From a virus (taxonomy: Duplodnaviria; Caudoviricetes), in the IMG/VR virus record IMGVR_UViG_3300025030_000016, positions 1-62,233 of that record: a DNA stretch of 62,233 nucleotides; one strand, 5' to 3'. The notes below the pieces were generated by a model that was given only the letters and a program-made list of their open reading frames with translations, did not search any database and was not told where the DNA came from. Shown here piece after piece: positions 1 through 9,881 of this stretch. How positions within the stretch are numbered: the first letter of the stretch is position 1; each line of letters opens with the position of its first letter. A program made the translations under genes and the position numbers.

Positions 1-127
1 CAGCGGTCCACGTTCGAGGAGCTGAGCGACTGCACCAGTCTGTCCGGATTCAGATACTGGTAGGTCGTCGCGCCGCTCGGGTATTTCGTGACGCTGCAGT
101 TGGCGCTAGACCCCGTCACGTTGAAGG
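1..127. repeat. Terminal direct repeat (copy 1), assembly circularisation overlap
   Basis: Identical to 62107-62233; 127 bp is a common assembler k-mer size; it falls inside a CDS that reads through the junction. Confidence 0.95.
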
Positions 128-1382
128 TGAGGGTGCCGCCCCGCTTCTTGGTCGCAGTCAGCTTGATCGGGAAATTCAGCCTCTCGGCATAGGGGACCAC
201 CACGGAGAGCGGGATGTCGATGGTGGGAGCTGCCAAGGTCGAGTAGCTCGACTGCGTCATCGAGCCTCCTACGCAGGCGCCGCCCTGCAGGTCGAGAGTC
301 GCCTTGGACATCATCCCGAAGCTGCCGCCGACGGCGATGCCGCCCTCCATGGCTACCGCGCCCTCCTGCGGCGGTGGGTAGGTCTCGCCCATCGCACTGC
401 CCAGAGTCAAGCCTCCGATCATGGGGGATTTCACGAGGGTGCGGATGCCGAAGCTGCCGCCCAGGCTACCGCCGCCGTCCAGGAAGGTCCTTCGTCCCTG
501 GTTGAGGGTGACGGTGGTGATCTCGCCGGAGAGGCACATGCCCCCCTCCATGACGAAACTTCTGGCGGTGCGGGGCGACAGGCTGCCACCTAAGACGGCT
601 CCCCCCTCCATGCTCAGATTCAGGCTGTTGCCCGTGAAGATGATCATCTCGCCGCCCACGCAGCCTCCCCCCTCAAAGAGTGCGGGAGACGAAGGCTCGA
701 CCCCCGGACCGTACTCGGGGAAGCTGAAGTCGCCGCCGAAGAGCGTAGGTGCTGCGGCGTAGATCCCCGCCCCTGCCTGATCCAGGTGGAAACTCGACTC
801 GCCCCACGCTTCCAGCGTCAAGGTGAACTTGTGGATCGGCATCTGCGGAGTCACGGTGACCCGCTCGCCGACCGCAGGGTCGTAGATGAAATTGGGGGAG
901 GACGAGATCAGGGTGCCGGGCCAGCCTGCGGCGAGCGCCGCCAGTTCGGCAATGGTGAGAACGGTCGAGGTTGCGGAGACGACCCAGTCGGTCGACGAGG
1001 CGAAGAGGACCGGCCGCCCCGACTCGCCTCCTGCGGCGATCACGGTCCCTGTAACCCCCAGATGCTTGGCTCGGACGGTGTGCGAGGGGGAAGCCTCGGG
1101 GCCGTAGAACGGGACGCTGCTTCCCACGAAATCGGCGGGGGTGTCCCACGAAGAGACCAGCAGCTGGATCTCCTGCGGAGCGCCCACCTTCAGGATCTGG
1201 AGTATGTCGGCCTCAGGCGTGGCGGCGAGGAGGAACCTGCACAGGAGCGTGTCCGAACCGCCCCGATACGGCACGGCGTGGACCGCAGGGCGCGAGCCTT
1301 TGGAGAGCGCGGCGTACCGCCCTTTGGCGAAGGCCAGAGCCTCCCCCAGATTGGGGGATGTGCAGAGCGGCTGAAGTATCAC
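1..1382 (-). CDS. 5' part of an ~848-aa tail/fibre-associated protein that crosses the origin (continues 62106->60942)
   Basis: GTG at 1382, just after the stop of 1386..1811; open frame VILQPLCTSPNLG...TLTFNVTGSSANC joins ORF 60942..62225 in frame; ~7 repeats like MEGGAVLGGSL; missing from the ORF track. Confidence 0.8.
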   Translation of the reverse strand, partial: MILQPLCTSPNLGEALAFAKGRYAALSKGSRPAVHAVPYRGGSDTLLCRFLLAATPEADILQILKVGAPQEIQLLVSSWDTPADFVGSSVPFYGPEASPSHTVRAKHLGVTGTVIAAGGESGRPVLFASSTDWVVSATSTVLTIAELAALAAGWPGTLISSSPNFIYDPAVGERVTVTPQMPIHKFTLTLEAWGESSFHLDQAGAGIYAAAPTLFGGDFSFPEYGPGVEPSSPALFEGGGCVGGEMIIFTGNSLNLSMEGGAVLGGSLSPRTARSFVMEGGMCLSGEITTVTLNQGRRTFLDGGGSLGGSFGIRTLVKSPMIGGLTLGSAMGETYPPPQEGAVAMEGGIAVGGSFGMMSKATLDLQGGACVGGSMTQSSYSTLAAPTIDIPLSVVVPYAERLNFPIKLTATKKRGGTLTFNVTGSSANCSVTKYPSGATTYQYLNPDRLVQSLSSSNVDR

Positions 1383-1385
1383 GGC

Positions 1386-1811
1386 TTAGGCCGGGTCGGC
1401 GACGTATCCCGGCACGTTCCCGAGCTTCATGAGCGGCGAGATGGTGAGCTCATCTCCGGCATTGGCTGGAGTGTAGGGTGCTGCCAGAAGCTGCTCCACA
1501 ATGATGGTGGCGCCGCGCAGGAGCATGACCCCCTTGATCGTCTTGTTGACCGCATTGGTCAGCGGGCCGGAGAAAGTGAAGGTCACGTCCTCCCACTCCA
1601 TGGTCGGTACGCCGCCCACGAGGCTCCCGGCGCTTGCGACCAGATCCAGATCGACCTCGGCGTAGCCTCCGCCCGTTGCCAGCTCGCGCACGGCCTGACC
1701 GTCTTGCAGAGCGCCTGAATCGGTGAAGCACTCAAGCGAGAAGCCGCCGGCGGCGACGTAGGTGTTCAGTATGTCCAGACCGCCGGCATCGGTGAGTCTC
1801 ATTTTTCCCAT
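1386..1811 (-). CDS. Small beta-rich tail-fibre-associated structural protein
   Basis: E-x-x-x-GGGY motif and VTFTF strands; located in the tail module. Confidence 0.6.
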   Translation of the reverse strand: MGKMRLTDAGGLDILNTYVAAGGFSLECFTDSGALQDGQAVRELATGGGYAEVDLDLVASAGSLVGGVPTMEWEDVTFTFSGPLTNAVNKTIKGVMLLRGATIIVEQLLAAPYTPANAGDELTISPLMKLGNVPGYVADPA

Positions 1812-1868
1812 GGTTTACTCCCCGCCATTTTATGGCTTCTTCTCTTGGTCATTTGTCACCTCGTGTTG

Positions 1869-4181
1869 TCACTCTATCGCAGCCCCCGCCCAATCCTTGA
1901 GCGTGCCGGTAACGCTGCCGTCAGTCTGCCCTCGCCAGTATTTGACATAGACTTGGCCGGTTGCGCCGCCTCCCTGTGCCTCGTTGTTGAGCAGCCGCAC
2001 AGTGTCATCGTCGCCGTCATGGCCGGAGCAGCCCCATAAGTACATCCCGTTGGCCGCCCCCGCTGCCAGATAGTTGTCATGCCAGAAGCAGCTCTTAAAG
2101 TTCCCGCCCGTTGACGGGCCAGCCGACACATTCCAGGCCACCGAAACGCAACCGTTGACATCCGCGATAGTTGCGCCATTGCCCCCGCCGTGAAGACAGT
2201 TCATCCGCTCGATATGGATGGAGTCATGACAGGTCGAGCTATTGCAGGACGTTCCGAGTGTAGGCTGTCCGGTGAAACTGTCGTATCCCGACATCCCTCC
2301 TTTGCAATTGTATTCGTAGACCGTCATGTACTCGCCCTTTGTGCCGGTGGTCTGGAACGAGTGATAGTTGAAGTTGTCCGAGCGGTTGTATCGAGCATCG
2401 CACCCGCTGAAGACGACAATCTTCGCGTCATACGTTTCAAACCCGTTGCCGCTGGAGCCATAAGCTAGGCAGTTCTTGGCTCCATACTTGCTATTGTTGG
2501 TCGCGGTCGTAATATGGCGATAACGACATGCGGCGTTTGACGATGCGCCGGAGTTGGCGTAAAAGTGCAAACCTTCATACAAAATTACGCCGGTGTCAGA
2601 GTTCTGGATCATCTGCCAGTTGTTAGCAGTACGACTGTAAATCCACTTGTCGGCCGGGTCGGGTTCGCGCCCATCCAGCAGATGCACCCATTTTTTACTG
2701 TTGGCTGCGTCATGATACTGACTGCCGGGGGTTGCGATGCACGCCGCCGATGACCCGACATCGGGGATAGGCATCGCCCCGCCTGCGCCATCGGTGTACT
2801 TGGCATCGAACATGGAGAAACCGAGATCCGCGAAAATTGTCGACGTGGTGGTTGCCGCAGAAGTTGACCAGACCCCGCCCCCCTCGTCGGTCCATGCGAA
2901 TGTGGTCTTGGTGTAGCTTTCACGCATGGCTACAATGCGCGTAACGCCGGAACTATGCCCGCTGACGAACTTGAACATCCCGCTATAGTTCATTGTGTTG
3001 TCGGCAAAGTTCTGGTAGCCAACCCATTCGTCCATGAGATGAATCACGGCAGGTGACACAGCCGCCGATTGCGCCTTGTTCAGCGTTTTCCATGCGTTGC
3101 CCGTTCCCGCAGACGTGCCAAGATTGGTGTCTGCGCCGTTCACGTAGTCAATATAGTAGTGGTTGAGTATGATGCCAGGGGTCAGCGTGAAGTCGATCAG
3201 GTCGTAAGGGTCGCGCAGGTATACCGCCCTGTCGCCGTCGTAATATCGCGGGAGTGCCAACTGGTCGTTGAATACCGCAGGGGGCGTGAGCGTGCCAATG
3301 GGCAGAGACTTGGCAAAGGCGCGGTCGAGGGAGGTTGTCACAGGTACCTTGGCGTCGACTGCGGCGATGTCTTCGACCAACGTCGTCCCTGTGTCTCCTG
3401 TCCAGATCCCGTATATTTTATCCACCATACCGCTAAAGGTGACGGGCCCGGTCCCTTCGAGCACCTGGGCCATCGGCCACCGCGACGTGGTCCCTGCATA
3501 GTCGACAGCGTAAGCGCCATACAGGATCTTTGCACCGTTTAACGGCATCAGCTCTAGGGTCTGCGGCACGGCCAGATTTTCCGAGAGCGTCTGGTCGGTA
3601 TAAAAGTTCAACGTCGCTTTGGTCGCGCCTATGGCTGCTACAGCGGCCTCCAAGCTCGTGTAGGCTTCCGCCGTATATATGCGGTCCAGCTTGGCTTTGT
3701 CAGCGAACGCCATAAGGCCGTTGACCGTGGTGGTTGCGACAGCTGTCGCAGTGTTCACGATCGAGATGATGTTCGCCAGGAGCGCGTCGAAAAGCGACAG
3801 GGTCTGAGGCTGCAGCGCCTCCATGGCGGTCTTCGCGGCGAGGAGGGTCAGGTCTCCCTCCCCCTCAGTGACTCGGATGTAGAAAGGTTTCGCGGGTCCT
3901 CCCGCGACCCCGTCGGGGAGGCGTACCTTGTAGAGGGTCGCCAGCTCGCCCCTGTTGTTGGGCCAGAGGTCCACCGCGAACTGGCCGTCCACGTCGGTGG
4001 TCGCCGTGACCAGGTCGCCCACGATCAGGTCTCCCCCTTCCGCTGCTGCGTCGAAGAGGACCACGGGCTGCCTTTTGGCGGCGTCGACCAGCTGGAAGGT
4101 GATGGTAGCCCCGACTTTCGGGGCGCCGTCCGCGCCGAGGATCGGGTCGCCGGTATTTGTTACGTGTCGGATGACAGCCAT
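1869..4181 (-). CDS. Tailspike with C-terminal right-handed beta-helix (putative depolymerase)
   Basis: N-terminal anchor domain (TTDVDGQFAVDLWPN); YYIDYVNGADTNLGT...AWKTLNKA pectin-lyase-like start; Asn/Cys-rich beta-helix repeats (DNFNYH). Confidence 0.75.
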   Translation of the reverse strand: MAVIRHVTNTGDPILGADGAPKVGATITFQLVDAAKRQPVVLFDAAAEGGDLIVGDLVTATTDVDGQFAVDLWPNNRGELATLYKVRLPDGVAGGPAKPFYIRVTEGEGDLTLLAAKTAMEALQPQTLSLFDALLANIISIVNTATAVATTTVNGLMAFADKAKLDRIYTAEAYTSLEAAVAAIGATKATLNFYTDQTLSENLAVPQTLELMPLNGAKILYGAYAVDYAGTTSRWPMAQVLEGTGPVTFSGMVDKIYGIWTGDTGTTLVEDIAAVDAKVPVTTSLDRAFAKSLPIGTLTPPAVFNDQLALPRYYDGDRAVYLRDPYDLIDFTLTPGIILNHYYIDYVNGADTNLGTSAGTGNAWKTLNKAQSAAVSPAVIHLMDEWVGYQNFADNTMNYSGMFKFVSGHSSGVTRIVAMRESYTKTTFAWTDEGGGVWSTSAATTTSTIFADLGFSMFDAKYTDGAGGAMPIPDVGSSAACIATPGSQYHDAANSKKWVHLLDGREPDPADKWIYSRTANNWQMIQNSDTGVILYEGLHFYANSGASSNAACRYRHITTATNNSKYGAKNCLAYGSSGNGFETYDAKIVVFSGCDARYNRSDNFNYHSFQTTGTKGEYMTVYEYNCKGGMSGYDSFTGQPTLGTSCNSSTCHDSIHIERMNCLHGGGNGATIADVNGCVSVAWNVSAGPSTGGNFKSCFWHDNYLAAGAANGMYLWGCSGHDGDDDTVRLLNNEAQGGGATGQVYVKYWRGQTDGSVTGTLKDWAGAAIE

Positions 4182-4191
4182 GGGCGCTCCT

Positions 4192-5637
4192 TTAAATGTA
4201 TCGTTTGGTCACTACCGGCACGACTTTCAGCGACAAGACGGTGAATCGGCAGCCGTCGACGTTGGAGATCTTGAACTGCCAGTTGGTCCCCTTGACTCCG
4301 ATCGGGAGCTTGGCCCGCAGACGCCTGAGGCCGTTACCGATCTGGTGCGGACCCGTGAAGGGGAGATCGGCTGAAACCTCCTCCTCGTCCACGAACAGGT
4401 CCAGGGTCATCTCCCCCTCGGTGCGGACGTGCAGGTAGGCGTGGGAGCAGATCTTTCGCTGCGGCTGACCGAAGTCGGCCACAGGGGTCACGGCGAAGGC
4501 TTCCACCAGAGTCCCGTCGTAGTCGGTCTCGCCTTCCAGGAGCATCACACCGTCGGCGTTGGCCCCGTAGCTCTGCGTCCCGATCTGGAAGAAGCCCTGG
4601 TAGTCGAAGCTGGTGTATCTGCTGTGTGCGCCGTTGCCCAGGTTCACCACGACCCCCTCGCCGGAGATGCTGGCGAGATACTGCTGGTCGTCGCCGTTCT
4701 TGCGGCAGAGCGCCGCGGCGCTCGTCCCGCTCGGGATGCTTACCTTCTCGGCACTGAGGTTCGTACAGCTCCCCTCTGAGGTGCCGACGAAGACGCCGTT
4801 GGGGGAGAGCCATGCGGCGCCGACTTCGCCCTTCTCGCCTACAGGGACCGCCACAGCCGAGCCGTAGATAACCTTGAAAGAGGTGAGGCGCTTCTGCTTG
4901 AAGCCTATGCCATCACTTCGCAGGAAGTAGGCGGCCTGCTCGGTGCCGACGAAGAGACCCTCGTTCACCGCCTTGACCATAGTGACCGGCGCGGAGAAAC
5001 CCGCGACCACGTTGTAGCGGATGTCCATGGCCTCTACATTGAAGGTCTTGGTGCGGAAGATGAAGTTGTCTACCGCCAGGTAGAGCGCGCCGTTGTAGAA
5101 CTCAAGGCAGCGCCCCGCGAAGGTGGCGAGCTTGAAGGCGTCGATCTCCATGTTGCTCTCGGCCTGATCGGCACCCGCAGGGTAGGTGAGCTTGACCCAG
5201 GTCTCCAGGTCCAGGATGTCGGTCTCCTCCCCCGGGGAGCTCACCACATAGGGGATGCCCTCGGAGAGGTAACCGATGGTGGCGTTGTCGCTGAACACCG
5301 TGATATCATTCACCTGGACGAACTCGGTGACGTCGGCCATGGTAGGGGAGTTACCCACCGGCAAGAGCGTGCCGTCGATCAGTCGGTTGATGACCTGATT
5401 GGCGATGCAGAAGGTGTCGGTGCCGTTACCCCATGCAGAGGTGACATCGGCGGGGGTGACCAGCGTGGAGCCTTCGCGGCGGGTCAGGTTGAAGTCGTCG
5501 TCCACGTCGCAGTTCACGATGTCGACGCAGCCGGTGTAGGCGCGGTCCTGGAGGTACTTGGAGGTGTCGGGAGTCCCCACGCTGGCCGGGTCACTGACGT
5601 TGTCCATGCCGCCGAAGGTGAAGTTCGATACCGCCAT
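4192..5637 (-). CDS. Tail nozzle/tube protein (P22 gp10 / T7 gp12-like position)
   Basis: 481 aa, beta-rich; N-terminal FGGMDN...NCDVD...RREG; follows the adaptor. Confidence 0.65.
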   Translation of the reverse strand: MAVSNFTFGGMDNVSDPASVGTPDTSKYLQDRAYTGCVDIVNCDVDDDFNLTRREGSTLVTPADVTSAWGNGTDTFCIANQVINRLIDGTLLPVGNSPTMADVTEFVQVNDITVFSDNATIGYLSEGIPYVVSSPGEETDILDLETWVKLTYPAGADQAESNMEIDAFKLATFAGRCLEFYNGALYLAVDNFIFRTKTFNVEAMDIRYNVVAGFSAPVTMVKAVNEGLFVGTEQAAYFLRSDGIGFKQKRLTSFKVIYGSAVAVPVGEKGEVGAAWLSPNGVFVGTSEGSCTNLSAEKVSIPSGTSAAALCRKNGDDQQYLASISGEGVVVNLGNGAHSRYTSFDYQGFFQIGTQSYGANADGVMLLEGETDYDGTLVEAFAVTPVADFGQPQRKICSHAYLHVRTEGEMTLDLFVDEEEVSADLPFTGPHQIGNGLRRLRAKLPIGVKGTNWQFKISNVDGCRFTVLSLKVVPVVTKRYI

Positions 5638-5646
5638 GAGGTGCTC

Positions 5647-6276
5647 CTAGACGAGGTAAAGCGGGTTGGGGGAGAAGAGGCCGGAACCGGCGCAGATCCT
5701 GCGGAAGGCTCGTTTCCCTTCGGGGACGTAGTGCCTGTCGAACTTGGCCTTGTGGTCGGCCGCCTTGACGGGGTCCTGCAGCTCGCGGTCGTGGTCGGAG
5801 AGGGCCAAATGCGCCGCCCACTCGACGGGCGCCAGATGGAAGTCTTCGGGGATCTCCAGATCGCCGGAGGTGCTGAAAGCGATCTTGCTCTTTCTCCAGA
5901 CCCTGAGGCTCGCCTGGTAGACGGCGTCAGGGGTAGGGTAGAAGGAGATCAGGCCGGTCTCGTCGTCGGTGCGCCATGCGAAAGGTGTCCCTTCCGAGGT
6001 GCCTGCCGGCGCGTCTCCGGCGAACTTCCGGAGCAGGTTGCCGTCGATGCGGACCTGCAGGATCTCGATCACGCGGCCGGGGATCGAGTATGCCTCGGTA
6101 CCGGCGACGGTGTTTATCTTGTAGGTCTGCGAGTCGCGGAAGAAGCCGGTGTCCTTGCAGAACTGGTCCTGCCCCAGCGAGAGGAAATTCAGGAGACGCA
6201 GGTCGGACCATGCGTAAGGAGCGACCTTGTCGCCCAGCACCTCTCTAAGTTCTGCAAGGACTTCGGCTCGATTCAT
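5647..6276 (-). CDS. Head-tail adaptor protein
   Basis: Start MNRAEVL overlaps the upstream stop (ATGA); WSDLRLLNFL, YPTPDAVY and IPEDFH are typical of podovirus adaptors. Confidence 0.7.
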   Translation of the reverse strand: MNRAEVLAELREVLGDKVAPYAWSDLRLLNFLSLGQDQFCKDTGFFRDSQTYKINTVAGTEAYSIPGRVIEILQVRIDGNLLRKFAGDAPAGTSEGTPFAWRTDDETGLISFYPTPDAVYQASLRVWRKSKIAFSTSGDLEIPEDFHLAPVEWAAHLALSDHDRELQDPVKAADHKAKFDRHYVPEGKRAFRRICAGSGLFSPNPLYLV

Positions 6277-6644
6277 TCGGGCTTCCTCTCCATGTAAGGC
6301 CCTTCGACCATGCTGAAGGGGATGGCGGCGACCGGGCGCCACTCGTGCTCCTCGGAGCCGTCGGGGTTCTTCTTGGTGAACATCTTGCTGGTTATGGCGT
6401 TTCTCAGGACGTTGATGAAAGCCTGCGGGATGTTCGGGACATCCACGCCGCGCGCTACCTGGATAACCTCGCCGTTCACCCCGATCACCTCGAACTCAGG
6501 CATGTGCTCCACATGCTGCACGTTGATGGTGTAGAAGGGCGGGGCGTACTCGATCTTGCCTTTGTGAAACTTCTGGGTGGCTGTTGCGGTCCGGACGGCT
6601 CCAAGCTGATCGAGGTTCAGGTCGAGATTCAGGGGCGCTTCCAT
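6273..6644 (-). CDS. Virion-module hypothetical protein
   Basis: RBS AAGGAGG; VIGVNG...RGVDVPNIP motif seen in genes following the MCP. Confidence 0.7.
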   Translation of the reverse strand: MEAPLNLDLNLDQLGAVRTATATQKFHKGKIEYAPPFYTINVQHVEHMPEFEVIGVNGEVIQVARGVDVPNIPQAFINVLRNAITSKMFTKKNPDGSEEHEWRPVAAIPFSMVEGPYMERKPE

Positions 6645-6661
6645 CGGTGTCCTCCTTTTGA

Positions 6662-6973
6662 TTAAACGAGATTGGCGTCCTTCAGGACGTTGTAGATTTG
6701 CTTCGATACCTTCTGCGAGCCTTTGGCGAGGTGCTGCAGGCTTCCGTTGATCTGGACCGGTACAGCGTCGAACAGGTTGACCTCGAAAAGTTCTTCAGGT
6801 TCGGGTTCGGGTTCGGGTTCGGGTTCGGGTTCGGGTTCGGGTTCGGGTTCGGGTTCGGGTTCGGGTTCGGGTTCGGGTTCGCCGCCCAGAAGACCGAGAT
6901 TCTTCAGGTGCTGCTCGACGGTGATCCCTGTCTCGACCTCAACCTTCGGCTCCGCTTTCTTTCTCTTCGCCAT
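6662..6973 (-). CDS. Hypothetical protein with (EP)14 linker
   Basis: Coupled to the upstream gene (TAATG); fits the operon. Confidence 0.7.
   Translation of the reverse strand: MAKRKKAEPKVEVETGITVEQHLKNLGLLGGEPEPEPEPEPEPEPEPEPEPEPEPEPEPEELFEVNLFDAVPVQINGSLQHLAKGSQKVSKQIYNVLKDANLV
6798..6881. repeat. Perfect hexamer tandem repeat (GGTTCG)x14
   Basis: Read directly; encodes Glu-Pro on the minus strand. Confidence 0.95.
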
Positions 6974-7260
6974 TATTTGTCTCCTTCCAGCCCCTTCGCC
7001 GCTGCGGCGAAGGCTTTGTCGAATTCGGACTCGTTCTTGTACTCGCCGTCGAGAAGCGGCATGAGGTCTGCGATCAGCTCGCCTACCTCCTTGGCGTCCT
7101 TGGCGATGTACTGCTTATCTGCGCCTGAAGGGCCGCAAGGCGAACAGCAGCAGGACTCGGTTTTGGTCGAAGGCTTCACGTCCTTCTTGAATGGGACTCG
7201 GCACTCGACGATGAATCCGTTGGTCGCTTTCCCGACTGTGAGCATAGATTCAAAATACAT
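6973..7260 (-). CDS. Hypothetical protein (CCCSPC motif)
   Basis: RBS GGGGAGG; V-x-KATNGFIVE start. Confidence 0.7.
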   Translation of the reverse strand: MYFESMLTVGKATNGFIVECRVPFKKDVKPSTKTESCCCSPCGPSGADKQYIAKDAKEVGELIADLMPLLDGEYKNESEFDKAFAAAAKGLEGDK

Positions 7261-7289
7261 GGTGCCTCCCCCAAGATCTCAGATACGAC

Positions 7290-7318
7290 AAAAGCCCCGC
7301 TCCTCGTGAGAGCGGGGC
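7290..7318 (-). terminator. Rho-independent terminator after the capsid genes
   Basis: 9-bp stem GCCCCGCTC/GAGCGGGGC followed by TTTT on the minus strand. Confidence 0.75.
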
Positions 7319-7340
7319 AACGTCCGGGAGCAGCGGACGG

Positions 7341-7784
7341 TTAAGCGAGGGCCGCCGAAGGGGCGCAGGAGAGGTTCACGTAGGTGGCCGTGACCTGGGC
7401 CGCATCAAGCAGCGTGGTTGCCGGGACGAAGGTGCCTGCGCCCGAGGTGACGATCTTCACGTAGCCCACCGGGCAGACTCCGTCAGGGACATCAGGGAGC
7501 CCGGTCGAGGTGCCGCTGATCACGGTGGCGGTGCCGGCTGCGTCCAGGCAGAGCAGGTAGTACTTGGTCGAGGAGATCGCCTGCACGGTGACGTCGGTGA
7601 AAACGAAGAGGTCGTCGGTGGCGGCCTTGACGTACATGATCCCGTCGATGCAGTAGTTGATCGCGGCGGCGGTCTTGATCTTCGACTTGGTGGTGCCGAT
7701 GGCAAGAGCGCCCGTGGTGAAGGCGCGGGTTCCCAGCAGGAAACGCTGGACCGCGGTGGTGATGCTTTTCAGAGAAGGAAACAT
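7341..7784 (-). CDS. Putative capsid decoration/cement protein
   Basis: Immediately after the MCP, before the terminator; Ala/Thr/Gly-rich; RBS GGAGG before ATG 7784. Confidence 0.6.
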   Translation of the reverse strand: MFPSLKSITTAVQRFLLGTRAFTTGALAIGTTKSKIKTAAAINYCIDGIMYVKAATDDLFVFTDVTVQAISSTKYYLLCLDAAGTATVISGTSTGLPDVPDGVCPVGYVKIVTSGAGTFVPATTLLDAAQVTATYVNLSCAPSAALA

Positions 7785-7840
7785 GGAGACCTCCAAGTTA
7801 TCGTTAAAATGTAGTGAAGGGGCCGCAGCCCCCGTCAGGT

Positions 7841-8833
7841 TTACAGGTCGGTCGCGCCTACTTCCAACCTTGCGCCGAAAAGCTGGTTCAGGATGATGGC
7901 CCCGAAGTACGCTTTCCAGCCGACGTGGCCGCGCTGACCCAGCTTGTCGGAGTCGGAGATGGTGCCCGGGTTGCGGACGATCGGGGCGGTGACCGCACCC
8001 TTGCCCTTCAGCGGGACCGAAGCGGCGAAGTGGGCGCCCAGGTAGATGATCGGGTAGACGTCCGCCTTGACGCCGGTGGTGGAGACCATGGTCCCCTTGT
8101 TGCCGCCCGCGTCCGGGAAGGACTCGAAGATGGTGGAGCGGATGTAGCGCACATCCTCCACCGAGCCGATCTCGAAGGAGTCGACCGGCACCTTGGAGCC
8201 GTAATCGACGGCGTCCTTGAACCCTGCCAGAGCGCGCACGTCGTTCTCGCAGTCGGGGTGGATCAGGCCGATGTAGCCCGCGCGCACCGCCACGGTGCCG
8301 TAGTTCGGGGTGGAGGCGGTCTGGTTGGTGATGTAACCCACGTTCTGGCGCTTGAAGGCGCGGGTCACCTTGCGCTGGCCTGCCAGCGTGATCGCCGTGT
8401 TCACGTCGGTACGGGCGGTGCCGTTGCCGTAGAAGACGTTGGTGCCTGCCTTCAGGACGTTGTAACGCAGGGTCTCAAGGGTCTGGGCGCACTGCTCGGC
8501 GGTGATGGTCACGTACTCCTGCAGGACCGGGTCGGTGTGCAGGTCGGCGATCTGGTCGGTGAGCTGGACGAAGTCGCCGTACTGCTGCAGGGTGACCTGG
8601 ATGTCGGTCTTCTGCATGGACTTGCCCTGCGGGGTGACCCCCTCGACCAGCGGCGTGAGCGCCTTGGCGAGTGCTTCGTAGCGCCGGAAGATCGCCACTT
8701 TGGTGTTGTTGGAGGGGAGCGGCTTCATGTCCAGGTACTTTTCCAGTACCAGATACGGGAGTGCTCTCATCAGGAACTGGGGATTTACATACCCCGCGAC
8801 CGCCGGCGAAATATCGCCATATACGTTTAGCAT
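7841..8833 (-). CDS. Major capsid protein, N4-gp56 family
   Basis: YGDISP, FRRY, LVEGVTP, LQQYG, HPD, DKLGQRGHVGWK motifs. Confidence 0.9.
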   Translation of the reverse strand: MLNVYGDISPAVAGYVNPQFLMRALPYLVLEKYLDMKPLPSNNTKVAIFRRYEALAKALTPLVEGVTPQGKSMQKTDIQVTLQQYGDFVQLTDQIADLHTDPVLQEYVTITAEQCAQTLETLRYNVLKAGTNVFYGNGTARTDVNTAITLAGQRKVTRAFKRQNVGYITNQTASTPNYGTVAVRAGYIGLIHPDCENDVRALAGFKDAVDYGSKVPVDSFEIGSVEDVRYIRSTIFESFPDAGGNKGTMVSTTGVKADVYPIIYLGAHFAASVPLKGKGAVTAPIVRNPGTISDSDKLGQRGHVGWKAYFGAIILNQLFGARLEVGATDL

Positions 8834-8906
8834 AGTGCTACCTCCTGGCGGGTGTTCTCCCGCAAAGGTCCTACTGAGATTCCCCGGCGGAGCGGGGTTT
8901 GGTTAT

Positions 8907-9797
8907 TTATGCTGCCACTTTCTTGGATGCCGCATCCCATGCGGACTCGAAATCCTGCGGGTCGGGTTCCGTGGTGACCGAGGTGCGCGAGCCGGTCGGG
9001 GGCTCCATCTTCTTCAGCTTGGCGAGGCGCTCGGCCTCGGCCTTCTCCGCTGCCGCTTTCACCGCAGGGTCCACCGTCTTGCCGGTGGCGGTCTTGAAGT
9101 CGGTCAGGAACTCTGCCACCTCCGCCGCACTGCCGTGGTCCAGAACATGGTTCATGGCGGGGCGCAGGTAGGCGGGCTGCTTCTCGATCCAGGCCTCCAC
9201 GGCCGGGATGATCTCGTAGGCATCGGGGTGCGCCGCCTTCAGCGCGGTCTCGAACTGGACCTGGGTCTGCGCGGCGGTGGCCGCCACTACCGGAGCTATC
9301 TGCGCCTGGAGCGGCTCCAGAATCTTGGCGAACTCAGCCTTCAGGCTCTTGGCCTGCTTCTCCAGCAGGGTGTTGATCGCCAGCGCGTGGCTGCCCCAGT
9401 TCTTCTCCAGATCAGCGAGGGCTTCCTTGACCTCGGGGGAGTCTTCCTCCTCGGCTGCGGGTGCCTCCGGTTTCTTCTCAGGCTCGGCGGGCTTCAGGGC
9501 TTCGGCGATCGCCTTGGCGATCTCGGCGGCGCTGGCCGCAGGAGGGGGGGCCGCTTTCGCCGCTTCTTCTGCGGCTTTTAATTCTTCTGCGGCTTTTGCT
9601 TCAGCGGCTTCGGCTTCCTCGCGCGCCTTTGCCTCGTCGGTGGCAGCGGCTTTCGCTTCGTCGGTCTCGTCGGCGTCGTCGGTGGCAGCCTCCGCAGAAC
9701 GGGTGGCGTCTCCCTCTTTCGGCTCGACGAACGAATCGAACGCCGCACTGAAAGCATCATCCCCCAGCAATTCCGTTACCGAAGTCTCCTCGTCCAC
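8907..9797 (-). CDS. Scaffolding protein
   Basis: Acidic Ala/Glu coiled coil between portal and MCP; AHPD and DFESAWD motifs. Confidence 0.75.
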   Translation of the reverse strand: MDEETSVTELLGDDAFSAAFDSFVEPKEGDATRSAEAATDDADETDEAKAAATDEAKAREEAEAAEAKAAEELKAAEEAAKAAPPPAASAAEIAKAIAEALKPAEPEKKPEAPAAEEEDSPEVKEALADLEKNWGSHALAINTLLEKQAKSLKAEFAKILEPLQAQIAPVVAATAAQTQVQFETALKAAHPDAYEIIPAVEAWIEKQPAYLRPAMNHVLDHGSAAEVAEFLTDFKTATGKTVDPAVKAAAEKAEAERLAKLKKMEPPTGSRTSVTTEPDPQDFESAWDAASKKVAA

Positions 9798-9851
9798 CTG
9801 GCCCTCCCTTAGAAAATGAGTATGTGTAACCTCTTAAATATATTGCGGGTG

Positions 9852-9881
9852 AGTGTATTCCATACTCAGCGTGTAAGTCAA
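9852..9881 (-). promoter_or_regulatory. sigma70-type promoter for the scaffold/capsid genes
   Basis: TTGACT-18-TACACT in an AT-rich gap. Confidence 0.55.
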
